This document shows positions 28,211-41,072 of a DNA stretch of 64,000 nucleotides, piece by piece; the first letter of the stretch is position 1; each line of letters starts with the position of its first letter. The DNA is from Thermoanaerobaculia bacterium (GTDB taxonomy: Bacteria > Acidobacteriota > Thermoanaerobaculia > UBA5066), in the NCBI GenBank assembly GCA_038245905.1, contig JBBRRY010000012.1, positions 1-64,000 of the forward strand, given 5' to 3'. The notes under the pieces are model-generated. The model saw only the letters and a list, made by a program, of their open reading frames with translations. It searched no databases and had not been told where the DNA came from. Made by a program: the position numbers and the translations under genes.

Positions 28211-29508
28211 GACTCGCCGAGTGCCGCGAGGATCGCGTCGAGCGTCGCCGGCAGGAGACGCGGCGGATTCGCGAGGCGCCCGCCTCCGCGGTGGTACGCC
28301 GACATCGTTCCCGAGAATTTCAAAGCGTGCGCCGTCGCGACGACAACGACGAGGTCGTCCTTCGTGATCACGCCCGCCTGACGCAGCTTCGCGGCCCCCG
28401 CGAGTGCGACCGCCGAGTTCGGGCAGATCGCGAGGCCGTGGCGGTTCGCGAGCGCGAACGCGTCGAGGAGCTCGGGCTCCGTCACGCTTTCGACGACACC
28501 GTCGAAGAAACGGATCTCGCGCTCGGCCTTCGGATGCGAAACGGGCGCTCCGATGCGGATCGCCGAGGCCGCCGTGTCGCCCGCGACGCGGGTGACGCGT
28601 GAGACGAAGCCGTTCTTGTACGACTGGTAGAAGGGATCCGCGGCGGACGCCTGGATGCCCGCGAGCCGCGGTTTCCTGCCGATCACGCCGAGGTCGAGCC
28701 ACTCCCGGAGGCCCTTGCCGATCGCCGACAGGTTGCCCGCATTTCCGACCGGAACGACGATCCAGTCGGGCACGCGCCAGCCGAGGTCCTGAACGGCCTC
28801 CCACCCGATCGTCTTCTGCCCCTCGATACGGACCGGGTTTTTCGAGTTCAGGAGGAAGACGGGTCGCGCGGCCACGAGCTCGGCGACGAGGCGCATACAG
28901 CCGTCGAAGTCCGTGTCGAGGCCCAGCGTCGTCGCCCCGTAGCCGAGCGCCTGGCTGAGCTGTTCGTCCGTGATCTTTCCCTGCGGCAGGAGGACGACGG
29001 CGCGCATGCCGGGCACGGCGGCGGCGTATGCGGCGAGCGCCGCCGACGTGTCGCCCGTCGAGGCGCAGGCGACCGTCTGGAATCCGCAGGCGCGCGCCCA
29101 CGACACGCCGACCGTCATGCCGCGGTCCTTGAAGGAGAGGGTCGGGTTCTCGCCTTCGTGCTTGACGAAGAGCCGCGAGAGAGAGAGCTCTTCTCCGAGA
29201 GCGCCGCCTGCGTAGAGCCGGGTTCCGCCCTCGGGCTTGCTCACGATGCCGCTTTCGGGCAGGTCCGGGAGCACGTGCTCGCGGAAGCGCCAGACCCCGC
29301 TCGTCTCGAACGGCCGCGACGCCTCCGAATGCGGTGCCGCGCGCCGCCTGTCGAAGAGGTCCTGCCACGCGGCCCCCGTCCGGCCGAACGCGTGGAGATC
29401 TGAGACGACGTCGAGGAGCCCGCCGCAAAGGGGACAGGACGTACGCGCCTCGACGAGCGGAAAGGGTGCGGCGCAGTCGACGCACTTGAAAGACGACAAG
29501 CCTTTCAT
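28207..29508 (-). CDS. thrC: Threonine synthase
   Basis: N-terminal CxxC..CxxC, ENPTLSFKDRGM, CASTGDTSAALAAYAA, RIEGQKT, PVGNAGN. Confidence 0.95.
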   Translation of the reverse strand: MKGLSSFKCVDCAAPFPLVEARTSCPLCGGLLDVVSDLHAFGRTGAAWQDLFDRRRAAPHSEASRPFETSGVWRFREHVLPDLPESGIVSKPEGGTRLYAGGALGEELSLSRLFVKHEGENPTLSFKDRGMTVGVSWARACGFQTVACASTGDTSAALAAYAAAVPGMRAVVLLPQGKITDEQLSQALGYGATTLGLDTDFDGCMRLVAELVAARPVFLLNSKNPVRIEGQKTIGWEAVQDLGWRVPDWIVVPVGNAGNLSAIGKGLREWLDLGVIGRKPRLAGIQASAADPFYQSYKNGFVSRVTRVAGDTAASAIRIGAPVSHPKAEREIRFFDGVVESVTEPELLDAFALANRHGLAICPNSAVALAGAAKLRQAGVITKDDLVVVVATAHALKFSGTMSAYHRGGGRLANPPRLLPATLDAILAALGES

Positions 29509-30476
29509 GCGACCCTCCGGACGCGCCTGGCGAGCCGCGCGCCGCGCCGGTCGAGCCGGTGGACGCGGGCGCGGGCCGCGACCCCGGACCGCTTCCATGC
29601 GTCCACGGCGGCGGCTCCCATCCGCGCGGCATCGGCCGATTCCTCGGTCAGAGCGACGAGCGCGGGCCCGGCCCCGGCGAGACAGGCGCCGTACGCGCCC
29701 GCCCGGATGAGGGCGTCAAGGACGGCTCGCCCACCCGGAACGAGCGGAAGACGGCTCGGATCGACGAGGCGGTCCGCGAGAAGGCACGCGCCCGCCGCCG
29801 CGAGATCGCCCGAGGAAAGCGCGACGACGAGACGCGCCAGCGCGCCGGCGTGAGCGGTGTGAGCGGACATCGAGATCGTCTTCGGCACGACGCCGCGCGC
29901 GCGACGCGTGAGCAGCTCGAGCGCCGGGTACACGAGGATCAGGCGAAGTCGCGGCGGGACACGAAGCAAGACGGGCCCGAGGGCCCCCTGGGGATCGGAC
30001 GAAGGCACGAGGACCATCCCTCCGAGGAGCGACGCAAAGACATTGTCGCCATGCCACGAGCCGTCGGCCGCGTGCTCGCCCTTGAGCGCCGGAAGGAGCA
30101 GCCTCTGCCGGTCGGTCACGCCGAGGAGCAGTCCCGCGGCCAGGGCTCCGGCGGCGGCGGAAGCCGCGGAGGATCCGAGACCGCTCGAAAGCGGCAGCCC
30201 CTTTTCGAGGAAGAGCTCGATCCCGCGCGCCCGCCCGCGCCCCTGCCCGCCGGATTCTGCGAGGACCTCCGCAGCGGCCACGGCGGCGGTGTTGCGCCCT
30301 GGATCAAGCGGCAACCGCCCTCCGTCGCCCGTGACAGCGAGGATGCGCACGCCGGGCACTTTCGAGAACCTTGCCGTTACGACGTCTCCCGGCCCGTCCA
30401 GCGCGGCGCCGAGGACGTCGAAGCCGACCCCGAAGTTCGCGACGCTGGCCGGGGCGAAGACGGTGACCGCGTTCAC
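29505..30476 (-). CDS. thrB: Homoserine kinase
   Basis: APASVANFGVGFDVLG, GHMP motif PLSSGLGSSAAS, HGDNV, GAGP. GTG start overlaps the aspartokinase stop. Confidence 0.93.
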   Translation of the reverse strand: MNAVTVFAPASVANFGVGFDVLGAALDGPGDVVTARFSKVPGVRILAVTGDGGRLPLDPGRNTAAVAAAEVLAESGGQGRGRARGIELFLEKGLPLSSGLGSSAASAAAGALAAGLLLGVTDRQRLLLPALKGEHAADGSWHGDNVFASLLGGMVLVPSSDPQGALGPVLLRVPPRLRLILVYPALELLTRRARGVVPKTISMSAHTAHAGALARLVVALSSGDLAAAGACLLADRLVDPSRLPLVPGGRAVLDALIRAGAYGACLAGAGPALVALTEESADAARMGAAAVDAWKRSGVAARARVHRLDRRGARLARRVRRVA

Positions 30477-31855
30477 CCCACCACCTTGTGGAGCGCCCGC
30501 ACGGCCGCGACGCGGTCTTCTTCGGCGACGGCGAACGAGATGTTGCACTCGGACGAGCCCTGTGCGATCGACTCGACGTTCACGTTCGCGCGTGCAACGG
30601 CCGCAAAGACCTTTGCGGCGATCCCGGGGGTGCCGCGCATGCCCTCCCCCACCGCCGCGACGACGGCGATCGGCGCGCGCGCGTTCACGGCGTCGATCGA
30701 GCCCGTCAGGCGCTCCCAGCGGAATTCCTGCTCGAGGGCCGCAACCGTGCGGGCGCGGTCGCCCTCCGGAATCACGAGCGCGATGTTCTGCTCCGAGGAC
30801 GCCTGCGAGAACATGACCACCGAGACGCCGAGACGCGCCGTGGCCGCGAACACACGCGCCGCGATGCCCGGAATCCCCGTCATCCCCCGGCCGTCCAGGG
30901 AGAGAAGGCACATCCCCGGAACCGCCGTGACGGCGCGGATGCCGGAAGCGCCGTCCCCCTTCGCCGCGATCGTCGTGCCGAGAATCTCCGGCCGGAAGGA
31001 GTTGCGGATGACGAGCGGGATCTGCGCCGCGATCGCCGGAAGGACCGCCGGGAAATGCAGGACCTTCGCTCCGAAGTACGTCATCTCGGCGGCCTCGCGA
31101 TACGAAAGACGCGAGAGGAGGCGGGCTCCCTTCACGAGGCGCGGATCCGCCGAGAGGACGCCGTCCACGTCCGTCCAGATCACGACTTCCCGGGCCAGGA
31201 GCGCGGCCCCGAGAAGCGCGGCGGTCGTGTCGGAACCGGAGCGGCCGAGAGTCGTCGTCTCACCCTTGAGGCTCCGGGCGATGAAGCCCGTCACCACGGG
31301 CAGGACGCCGGTCGAGAGGAGCGGGCGCAGGCGGCGCCTGATTCGCGGGTCGCTGCGCTTGCGATCGCAGGTGGCGGCCCCGTGGCGGTCGTCCGTGACG
31401 AGTAGGTCGCGGGCGTCGACGGCGCGCGCCGGAACGCCGGTCTTCACGAGCGCGGCCGCGAGGAGCGGCGCCGAAAGGCGTTCTCCGAACGAGGAGACGA
31501 GGTCGGTCACGCGGGCCGTCCGCTCGCGGAGGAGAGAGACGCCCTGGAGCGCGGCATCGAGCTCGCGGAGCGGCGCCTCGTCGAAGCGTACGCCGAGCTC
31601 CCGGGCGGCGGCGGCGTGTCGCGCTCTCAGCGATTCGACCGCCTTCCGGGCGAGGCCGAGCCGGCCCCTCTCGGCCTCGCGCGCGGCAGCGAGAAGGACG
31701 TCCGTCACGCCCCCCATGGCGGATGCGACGGCCACGACGGGCCGCCTCCTTCGGGCGGCGGCGAGGAGGCGGGCGGCATTCCGGATGCGCGAGGCGTCGC
31801 CGAGGGACGTCCCGCCGAACTTGTGAATGGCGATCGCGCGGGGGGTTCGAGACAT
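30473..31855 (-). CDS. lysC: Aspartate kinase (ThrA-like AK + 2 ACT domains, no dehydrogenase domain)
   Basis: KFGGTS, SAMGGVTD, GERLSA, TTLGRSGSD, WTDVDGV..ADPR, FGAKVLH, QASSE and AQGSSE ACT motifs. Confidence 0.92.
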   Translation of the reverse strand: MSRTPRAIAIHKFGGTSLGDASRIRNAARLLAAARRRRPVVAVASAMGGVTDVLLAAAREAERGRLGLARKAVESLRARHAAAARELGVRFDEAPLRELDAALQGVSLLRERTARVTDLVSSFGERLSAPLLAAALVKTGVPARAVDARDLLVTDDRHGAATCDRKRSDPRIRRRLRPLLSTGVLPVVTGFIARSLKGETTTLGRSGSDTTAALLGAALLAREVVIWTDVDGVLSADPRLVKGARLLSRLSYREAAEMTYFGAKVLHFPAVLPAIAAQIPLVIRNSFRPEILGTTIAAKGDGASGIRAVTAVPGMCLLSLDGRGMTGIPGIAARVFAATARLGVSVVMFSQASSEQNIALVIPEGDRARTVAALEQEFRWERLTGSIDAVNARAPIAVVAAVGEGMRGTPGIAAKVFAAVARANVNVESIAQGSSECNISFAVAEEDRVAAVRALHKVVG

Positions 31856-31901
31856 GCCTCTGGATGGTACAGCCGGGCGCCCTCGCGTTAGGATCGGGCG
31901 C

Positions 31902-34037
31902 ATGAATCACGCCCCCTCGAGGTCCGTCGGGCTGTGCCTGTCTCTCGCCCTCTCGGCCCATGCCGCTCTCGCGGCGAGCGCGGCCACCCGAACCGCCTAC
32001 CCGAAGGCCCCGCGCTCCGCGCAGGTGGACGACTACCACGGAACGAAGATCGCGGATCCGTTCCGCCCGCTGGAGGACGCCGATTCGCCCGAGACGCGAA
32101 AGTGGATCCGTGAAGAGAACGCGCTGACACGTTCCACCCTCGACGCGATTCCCGAGCGGCCCGCCCTCGAGCGGCGCCTCACGAGGCTCTGGAACTACGA
32201 GCGCTTCACGACGCCCGTCCGGAAAGGCGAGCGCCTCTTCTACTCCCGCAACGACGGCCTTCAGAGCCAGGCCGTGCTCTATGTCGTGGATGAGGACGGA
32301 GCCGCGCCCCGCGTCCTTGTCGATCCGAACACGCTTTCGAAGGACGGCACGGTCTCGCTCTCTGGCATCGCGATCTCCCATGACGGAAAAACCCTCGCGT
32401 ACGGAGTGGCCTCTGGCGGGTCGGACTGGCAGGAGTGGCGCGTCCTCGACGTGGCGTCCTCACGCGACACCGGGGACGTGCTCAAGTGGATCAAATTCTC
32501 GGCGCCCGCATTCGCGAAAGACGGCCGAGGGTTCTATTACGCCCGCTATGACGCGCCCGCTTCCGGCCGGGAGCTGGACGCCGTCGTGAAGAATCAGAGG
32601 GTCTTCTTTCACCGCCTCGGCACGCCGCAGGCGTCCGACACGCTCGTCCACGCCCCCGAGGACCCGAATTTTCTCCACCAGGTGCGCGTCTCGGAGGACG
32701 GGCGCTGGCTCGTCCTGTCGATCTCCCGCGGCTCGAGCGGGAAGAACCGCTTGTGGGTGAAGGACCTCTCCCGGGAAGGCGCGCCCTTCCTCAAGCTCTT
32801 CGACGATTTCTCGTCCCGATGGACCTGGGTCGACAGCGCGGGCACGACGGCCTTTCTACGCACGGACCGGGACGCCCCGCGCGGCCGCCTCGTGTCCGTG
32901 GACCTCGCGGCCCCCGCGCCGGTCCTCGTGGACGTCATCCGGGAGGGCGATGCCGTTCTCCAGTCCGTCCACGCGGTCGGGGACCGATTCGTCGTCGTCA
33001 CGATGCGGGACGCCTCTGAGCGCGTTCGGATTCACGGGCGGGACGGCAAGCCTGGCAAGGAAGTCGTGCTGCCGGTCCTCGGCACCGTGAGCGGCTTTTC
33101 GGGACGCCGCGCCGACACGGACACCTTCTTCACGTTCGCATCCTTCACGTACCCGGCAGCCGTCTACCGCCTCGACCTCGCGTCGGCGACGGCGACCGTC
33201 TTTCAGAAGCCGCGCGTGGATTTCGATCCCGCCGCCTTCGAGACGAAACAGGTCTTCTACCCGAGCAAGGACGGAACGAAGGTGCCGATGTTCCTCGTCG
33301 CGAAGAAGCGCGTCACGTGGGATGGTACGAACCCGGCCCTTCTCACCGCCTACGGCGGCTTCAACATTCCCGAGCTACCGTCCTTTTCCGTGAAATACCT
33401 GGCGTTCATGGAGAGAGGCGGCGTGTTCGCGCAGGCGTGCCTGCGCGGCGGATCGGAATATGGCGACGAGTGGCACAAGGGCGGGATGCTCGAGAAGAAG
33501 CAGAACGTCTTCGACGACTTCGCGGCCGCGGCCCGGTGGCTCATCGAGCACAAGGTCACGTCGGCAAGGAAGCTCGCGATCGCGGGCGGATCGAACGGGG
33601 GCCTCCTCGTGGGGGCCGTCCTGAACCAGCATCCCGAGCTCTTCGGCGCGGCGCTTCCTGCGGTCGGCGTCATGGACATGCTCCGCTTCCAGAAGTTCAC
33701 GATCGGCTGGGCGTGGACGAGCGAGTACGGCTCGGCGGAAAACACGGAGCAGTTCAAGTTCCTCTATCCCTATTCCCCGCTCCACAACATCCGGAAGGGC
33801 TTCGCCTATCCCCCTGTCCTCGTCACGACCGGCGATCACGACGACCGCGTCGTGCCGGCGCATTCGTTCAAGTACGCGGCGGCGCTGCAGGAGGCGCAGG
33901 CCGGCGAGGCGCCGATACTGATCCGCATCGAGACCCGCGCGGGCCACGGCGCGGGCAAACCCACGTCGAAGCTCATCGACGAGGCCACCGACCAGCTCGC
34001 GTTTCTCGCGAAAGTACTTGGAGGCCCGGCGCGATGA
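31902..34037 (+). CDS. Prolyl oligopeptidase (S9A), exported
   Basis: Signal peptide, DPFRPLED, GGSNGGLL (Ser), DHDDRVVP (Asp), AGHGAGKP (His). Confidence 0.95.
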   Translation: MNHAPSRSVGLCLSLALSAHAALAASAATRTAYPKAPRSAQVDDYHGTKIADPFRPLEDADSPETRKWIREENALTRSTLDAIPERPALERRLTRLWNYERFTTPVRKGERLFYSRNDGLQSQAVLYVVDEDGAAPRVLVDPNTLSKDGTVSLSGIAISHDGKTLAYGVASGGSDWQEWRVLDVASSRDTGDVLKWIKFSAPAFAKDGRGFYYARYDAPASGRELDAVVKNQRVFFHRLGTPQASDTLVHAPEDPNFLHQVRVSEDGRWLVLSISRGSSGKNRLWVKDLSREGAPFLKLFDDFSSRWTWVDSAGTTAFLRTDRDAPRGRLVSVDLAAPAPVLVDVIREGDAVLQSVHAVGDRFVVVTMRDASERVRIHGRDGKPGKEVVLPVLGTVSGFSGRRADTDTFFTFASFTYPAAVYRLDLASATATVFQKPRVDFDPAAFETKQVFYPSKDGTKVPMFLVAKKRVTWDGTNPALLTAYGGFNIPELPSFSVKYLAFMERGGVFAQACLRGGSEYGDEWHKGGMLEKKQNVFDDFAAAARWLIEHKVTSARKLAIAGGSNGGLLVGAVLNQHPELFGAALPAVGVMDMLRFQKFTIGWAWTSEYGSAENTEQFKFLYPYSPLHNIRKGFAYPPVLVTTGDHDDRVVPAHSFKYAAALQEAQAGEAPILIRIETRAGHGAGKPTSKLIDEATDQLAFLAKVLGGPAR

Positions 34038-34627
34038 AACGCGCCCTCGCAGCCGCCGCTCTCGCGATTCTGGCCGCCGGACTCTGCGGCTGCGCCTCGG
34101 CGCCGCCCCCTCCGCCACCGGCGCCGGAACCCGTTCCCGCCGCCGAGCAGGCCCCCGCGCCGGCCGTCGTCGAGCTCTCCTGGATCGTGACCAAGTCGGT
34201 CAACGTCCGGGAAAACCCGTCGACGAAAGCGGCTACCGTCGCAAAGCTCAACAAGGGCGCGCGGCTGACCTCGTTCGACGAGAAGGACGGCTGGCTGCGC
34301 GTGAAGCTTCCGGACACGAGGATCGGGTGGATCCGAAAGGATCTCGTCCGAAAAGACGACGGCTGCCTCCCGGACCGCAAGGAGGTCCTGCTCGAGCCGC
34401 CGATGCTAAGGATGAGCGACGCACCCGGCGCGAAGGGCAAGGTCGTCGCCGAAGCCGACATCGACGAGAACGGAAACGTGAAGGCGGTCCGCGTCGTGAC
34501 GAACGAGACAGGCTCGGCCGAGCGGGCCGAGGCCGTGAAGGCCGAGGTCCAGACAGTGAAGTTCCGGCCTCCCGTTCGTCACTGCAAGGTGTCGGGCTTC
34601 ACATACGTATACGCCCGGACGTTCTAA
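34034..34627 (+). CDS. Lipoprotein with SH3b domain and TonB C-terminal-like domain
   Basis: Lipobox LCGC and Pro-rich linker. SH3b VNVRENPST..GWLRV..GWI. TonB_C-like GKVVAEADIDENGNVKAVRVV..KFRPP. ATGA overlap with the upstream gene. Confidence 0.75.
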   Translation: MKRALAAAALAILAAGLCGCASAPPPPPPAPEPVPAAEQAPAPAVVELSWIVTKSVNVRENPSTKAATVAKLNKGARLTSFDEKDGWLRVKLPDTRIGWIRKDLVRKDDGCLPDRKEVLLEPPMLRMSDAPGAKGKVVAEADIDENGNVKAVRVVTNETGSAERAEAVKAEVQTVKFRPPVRHCKVSGFTYVYARTF

Positions 34628-34641
34628 CCAGGGCGCGCCGC

Positions 34642-34671
34642 AAATGAAACGGGCCCGCCGGGGCGGGCCCG
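34642..34671 (-). terminator. Rho-independent terminator
   Basis: GC stem CGGGCCCGC / GCGGGCCCG followed on the minus strand by TTTCATTT, just downstream of the YidB-like gene. Confidence 0.7.
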
Positions 34672-34694
34672 CGGAGCTAGGGGATCCGGTGCGC

Positions 34695-35108
34695 TCAGGC
34701 CTTCTTGTTGAAGAACCCCAAGACCACGTCGAGGATGCCGCCGGAGGGAATCTGGCCCGTCGGCGTCGCCTTGTCGACCATTTGCGGCAGCATTTGCGCG
34801 ATGAGCGCGGTCGCCTTGGCGGGATCGATCCCCGCCTTGGCCGCGAGCGCCTGAACCTGAGAGCTCCCGAGGACGGCCTGAATCTGGTCCGCCGAGATCG
34901 GGAGATTCTTACCGGTCGACACCCAGGAGCTCACGAGGTTGCCGAGTCCCTTCTGGTTGAACATGTTCACGAGGCCCGTGAGCCCGCCCGACGTCCCGCT
35001 GCCCGACACCATGCCGAGAAGTTCGGTCGCGAGGCTGCGATGGGACGGGTCGACGGCGCCGCCGGAAGCACCGCCCATCTCCCTGAGAACGTCGTCGAGA
35101 AGGCCCAT
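34695..35108 (-). CDS. YidB/DUF937-family protein
   Basis: MGLLD, GGL.GLV..F..KGLG..VSSWVSTG.N.PIS..Q, LPQMVDK.TP.G. Confidence 0.88.
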   Translation of the reverse strand: MGLLDDVLREMGGASGGAVDPSHRSLATELLGMVSGSGTSGGLTGLVNMFNQKGLGNLVSSWVSTGKNLPISADQIQAVLGSSQVQALAAKAGIDPAKATALIAQMLPQMVDKATPTGQIPSGGILDVVLGFFNKKA

Positions 35109-35119
35109 GGCGCTCTCCC

Positions 35120-35794
35120 TTACCGGACCACGATGAAGTCTTTGATCTTCGCGAACGTCCCTTCCTTGATGCCCTTGACCTTCTCGATGTCCTCGGGCGC
35201 CGCGAAGCGGCCGTTCGCCTTGCGGTAGTCGACGATTGCCTGCGCCTTCACGGGGCCGATCTCGGGCAGCTTCTCGAGCTCCTCGGCGGACGCCGTGTTG
35301 ATGTTGAACTTCGTCCCGGGCGCGAGCTTCTCGGAGGAAGAGGAAGAAGAGGATTTCTTAGAAGGTGAAGAGGGCTCGGAGGCCGCAGGCGTCTTGCGTG
35401 AAGCGGCGGCGCTTCCGCTCTTGCTCTTCGTGTCCTTCTTGTCGGCCGCGTCGTCCTTGGCCGCGACGCCTTCCGTCAGCTTGAGGACCTTCTTGAGGGC
35501 ATCGAGCTTCTTGCCTTCGCCGACACCCTTGACCTTCGAGACCTCCGCCCACGTCTTGTAGGGACGGTTCTTGACGAGCTCTTTCGCGAGCTTCGCGCCG
35601 ACGCCCTTGGCGCCCGCGATCGTCTTCTCGTCGGCCGTGTTCAGGTTGACCTTCTCGGACTTGTCCGCCTTCGTGTCCGCCGCTTCGGCGGCCGGGGTCG
35701 GAGTCTTCTTCTTCGCGGCAAGGGCTGTCGGAGAGACGATCAGGCCGGTAGCGATCGCGCCAGCGACAAGGGCGTTCCAAAGTGCTTTCTTCAT
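35120..35794 (-). CDS. comEA: ComEA-like exported DNA-binding protein with two helix-hairpin-helix domains
   Basis: Signal peptide, [15 protein letters not shown] and [39 protein letters not shown]. Confidence 0.8.
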   Translation of the reverse strand: MKKALWNALVAGAIATGLIVSPTALAAKKKTPTPAAEAADTKADKSEKVNLNTADEKTIAGAKGVGAKLAKELVKNRPYKTWAEVSKVKGVGEGKKLDALKKVLKLTEGVAAKDDAADKKDTKSKSGSAAASRKTPAASEPSSPSKKSSSSSSSEKLAPGTKFNINTASAEELEKLPEIGPVKAQAIVDYRKANGRFAAPEDIEKVKGIKEGTFAKIKDFIVVR

Positions 35795-35899
35795 TCGCAG
35801 AATCTCCTTCTTTCGTTCCTCGGGGTCACACGCGACTCTATAGCGGACGTTCCGCCGTTGCCAGCCGCTTCCGCAGCGCATCCCGTAAACTCGCGCCCG

Positions 35900-39121
<3,222 letters not shown>

Positions 39122-41072
39122 CTCCGTCGCGCCGTGGGGCCCTCGCCTTCGGCGCGACGATCGGCCTGACAGCCTTCGCCTTCGGAAGCTTTCCGGCCTC
39201 CACCGCGCGCGCAACACTCGCGATCACGCTTGCCCTCGCGATCGCCGGCGCCGCGGCCGGACTCCTTCGCCCAAACGTCGCCGCGTGCGCCCTCGCCTTT
39301 CTCGTACCGCTCGCGCCGGGCCTCGCCCGCCTGCTCGGCGACCGCTCCGGCGCTCCCGTTCTCACCGCTCTCGCCCTCGCGGTTCTCGGGAGCACGCTCG
39401 CGGGGTCGTGGGCGCGCGGCGAACGCTCCCTTCTCCCGCCGCGCCTCCGGCGATTCGCCGGCGCCTTTCTCGTCCTCGCCGCCGGATCCGCGGCCGCTTC
39501 GGTTGCGCGTGGGGAGACGCTCTATCTGCTTCTGCGCGGGAGGGTCGACCCTCTTCCCCTGAACGTCCTCGGCATGACCGCGGCCGAGCGAAGCCGCGAC
39601 GCGATCCTGACCTTCCTCGGGCTCGTTCTCCTGCTCCTCGCGCTCGAGGTGTTCTCGCGCCTCTCGCTGACGCCCGAGGGGCGCGACCGGCTCCTGTTCG
39701 CGACAGCGGCCGGCGCCGCGGTGGCCTTCGTCATCGCCGCGGCCGCCCGTTTCCGGCCCTTCGATCCCTCCTTTCATCCCTGGGCCGAGATGCATCGCCG
39801 CGCGGGAACGTTCACCGACCCGAATGCCCTCGGCGTCGGCGTCGGCTTGCTCGTGCCGCTCCTCTTCGCGGCCCTTTCAAGGCGCGGCACCGCCACCGAC
39901 GCGCCCCGGCAGGGCCTGGCCCTCCTCGCGCTCGCCGCGGCGCCCGTGGCTCTCGAATCGTCTGGTTCGCGCACGGGCCTCCTCCTCACCGCGGTCGCCG
40001 TCGTCGCGGGAGCCGTCGGACTCACAAGGGCGCGCGTCGTCTCCAAAAAAGCGCTCTTCGCCGCCTTCGCGGCTGCAGTTGCCCTCGGCGCCGCCATCGT
40101 CCCCGCTCTGCCGCGCGGCGGAGGCATCGCGTCGGGCGGCCTTTTCCAGCGCCTCGGGGCCGGCCTGTCCTCGTCGAGCTTCGCCGACCTCGCGAACCAT
40201 CGAACGCTATTCTGGCGGACGGCGCTCGAGATGACGTGGGACGAACCACTCTCGGGAATCGGGCTCGCCGGCTTTCCGTACGAGTTTCCGGGCGCCTACG
40301 CGCGCCGCCATGGCGCCATCGGAGTGACGGACGGCGCCACGAACGCCTTCCTCGAAATTGCTGCCGAGTGCGGCCTGCCTGGGCTCGCCCTTGCGATCCT
40401 CGCCGTCGTTCCGCTCCTCGCCCGTGCGTGGAACGCGACCTTCGCGAAGGCGCAGCTCGACGGGGCCGCACGAGCCGCGGGCGCGGCGCTCCTCGGGCTC
40501 TTCGTGGCCTGCCAAACGGGCTCGCATTTGCGCTTTCCCGAGATCGGCCTCCTCGCGGGCCTCGTCGCCGGTCTCCTCTTCGTGCCCCGCCTCGAAGCGC
40601 GGGCCCTGCCCACCGAGAAATCGCCGGCAGATCGCCCGCACGTTCCCGCACTGCTCGCGGCGGCGGGAATCCTCGGCGCCCTCGCGGCGGCGCTGCCCAC
40701 CGCGGCCGCCACGGCGCCGTTCCGGCTCGGACGCTGGATCGGCCTGTACGCCGCGGCTCCGTCGCCCAATCCGTTCCGCTGGAGCGGCCCGCGCGCTTGC
40801 CGCAGAATTCAACCGGGAGAGACCTCCGTGTCGTTCCGGGTCGAAAACGCCCGGCCGGATGGACTTCCCGTGACGCTCGCAATCGACCTGGACGGCCGCC
40901 TCGAATCCGGGTTCGAGCTTCCGGGCGCATCCTCTCGCGATCTCACCGTGGCGGTGCCCCCGGGGGCCGAGGTGCTCCGCGTGAGCGGACGCCCCGTGTT
41001 CGTCCCGCACGACCTGACGGGCAGCGCCGACTTTCGAAGGCTTTCCTTCCGGCTCGCTCCCGGGGATGCCCC

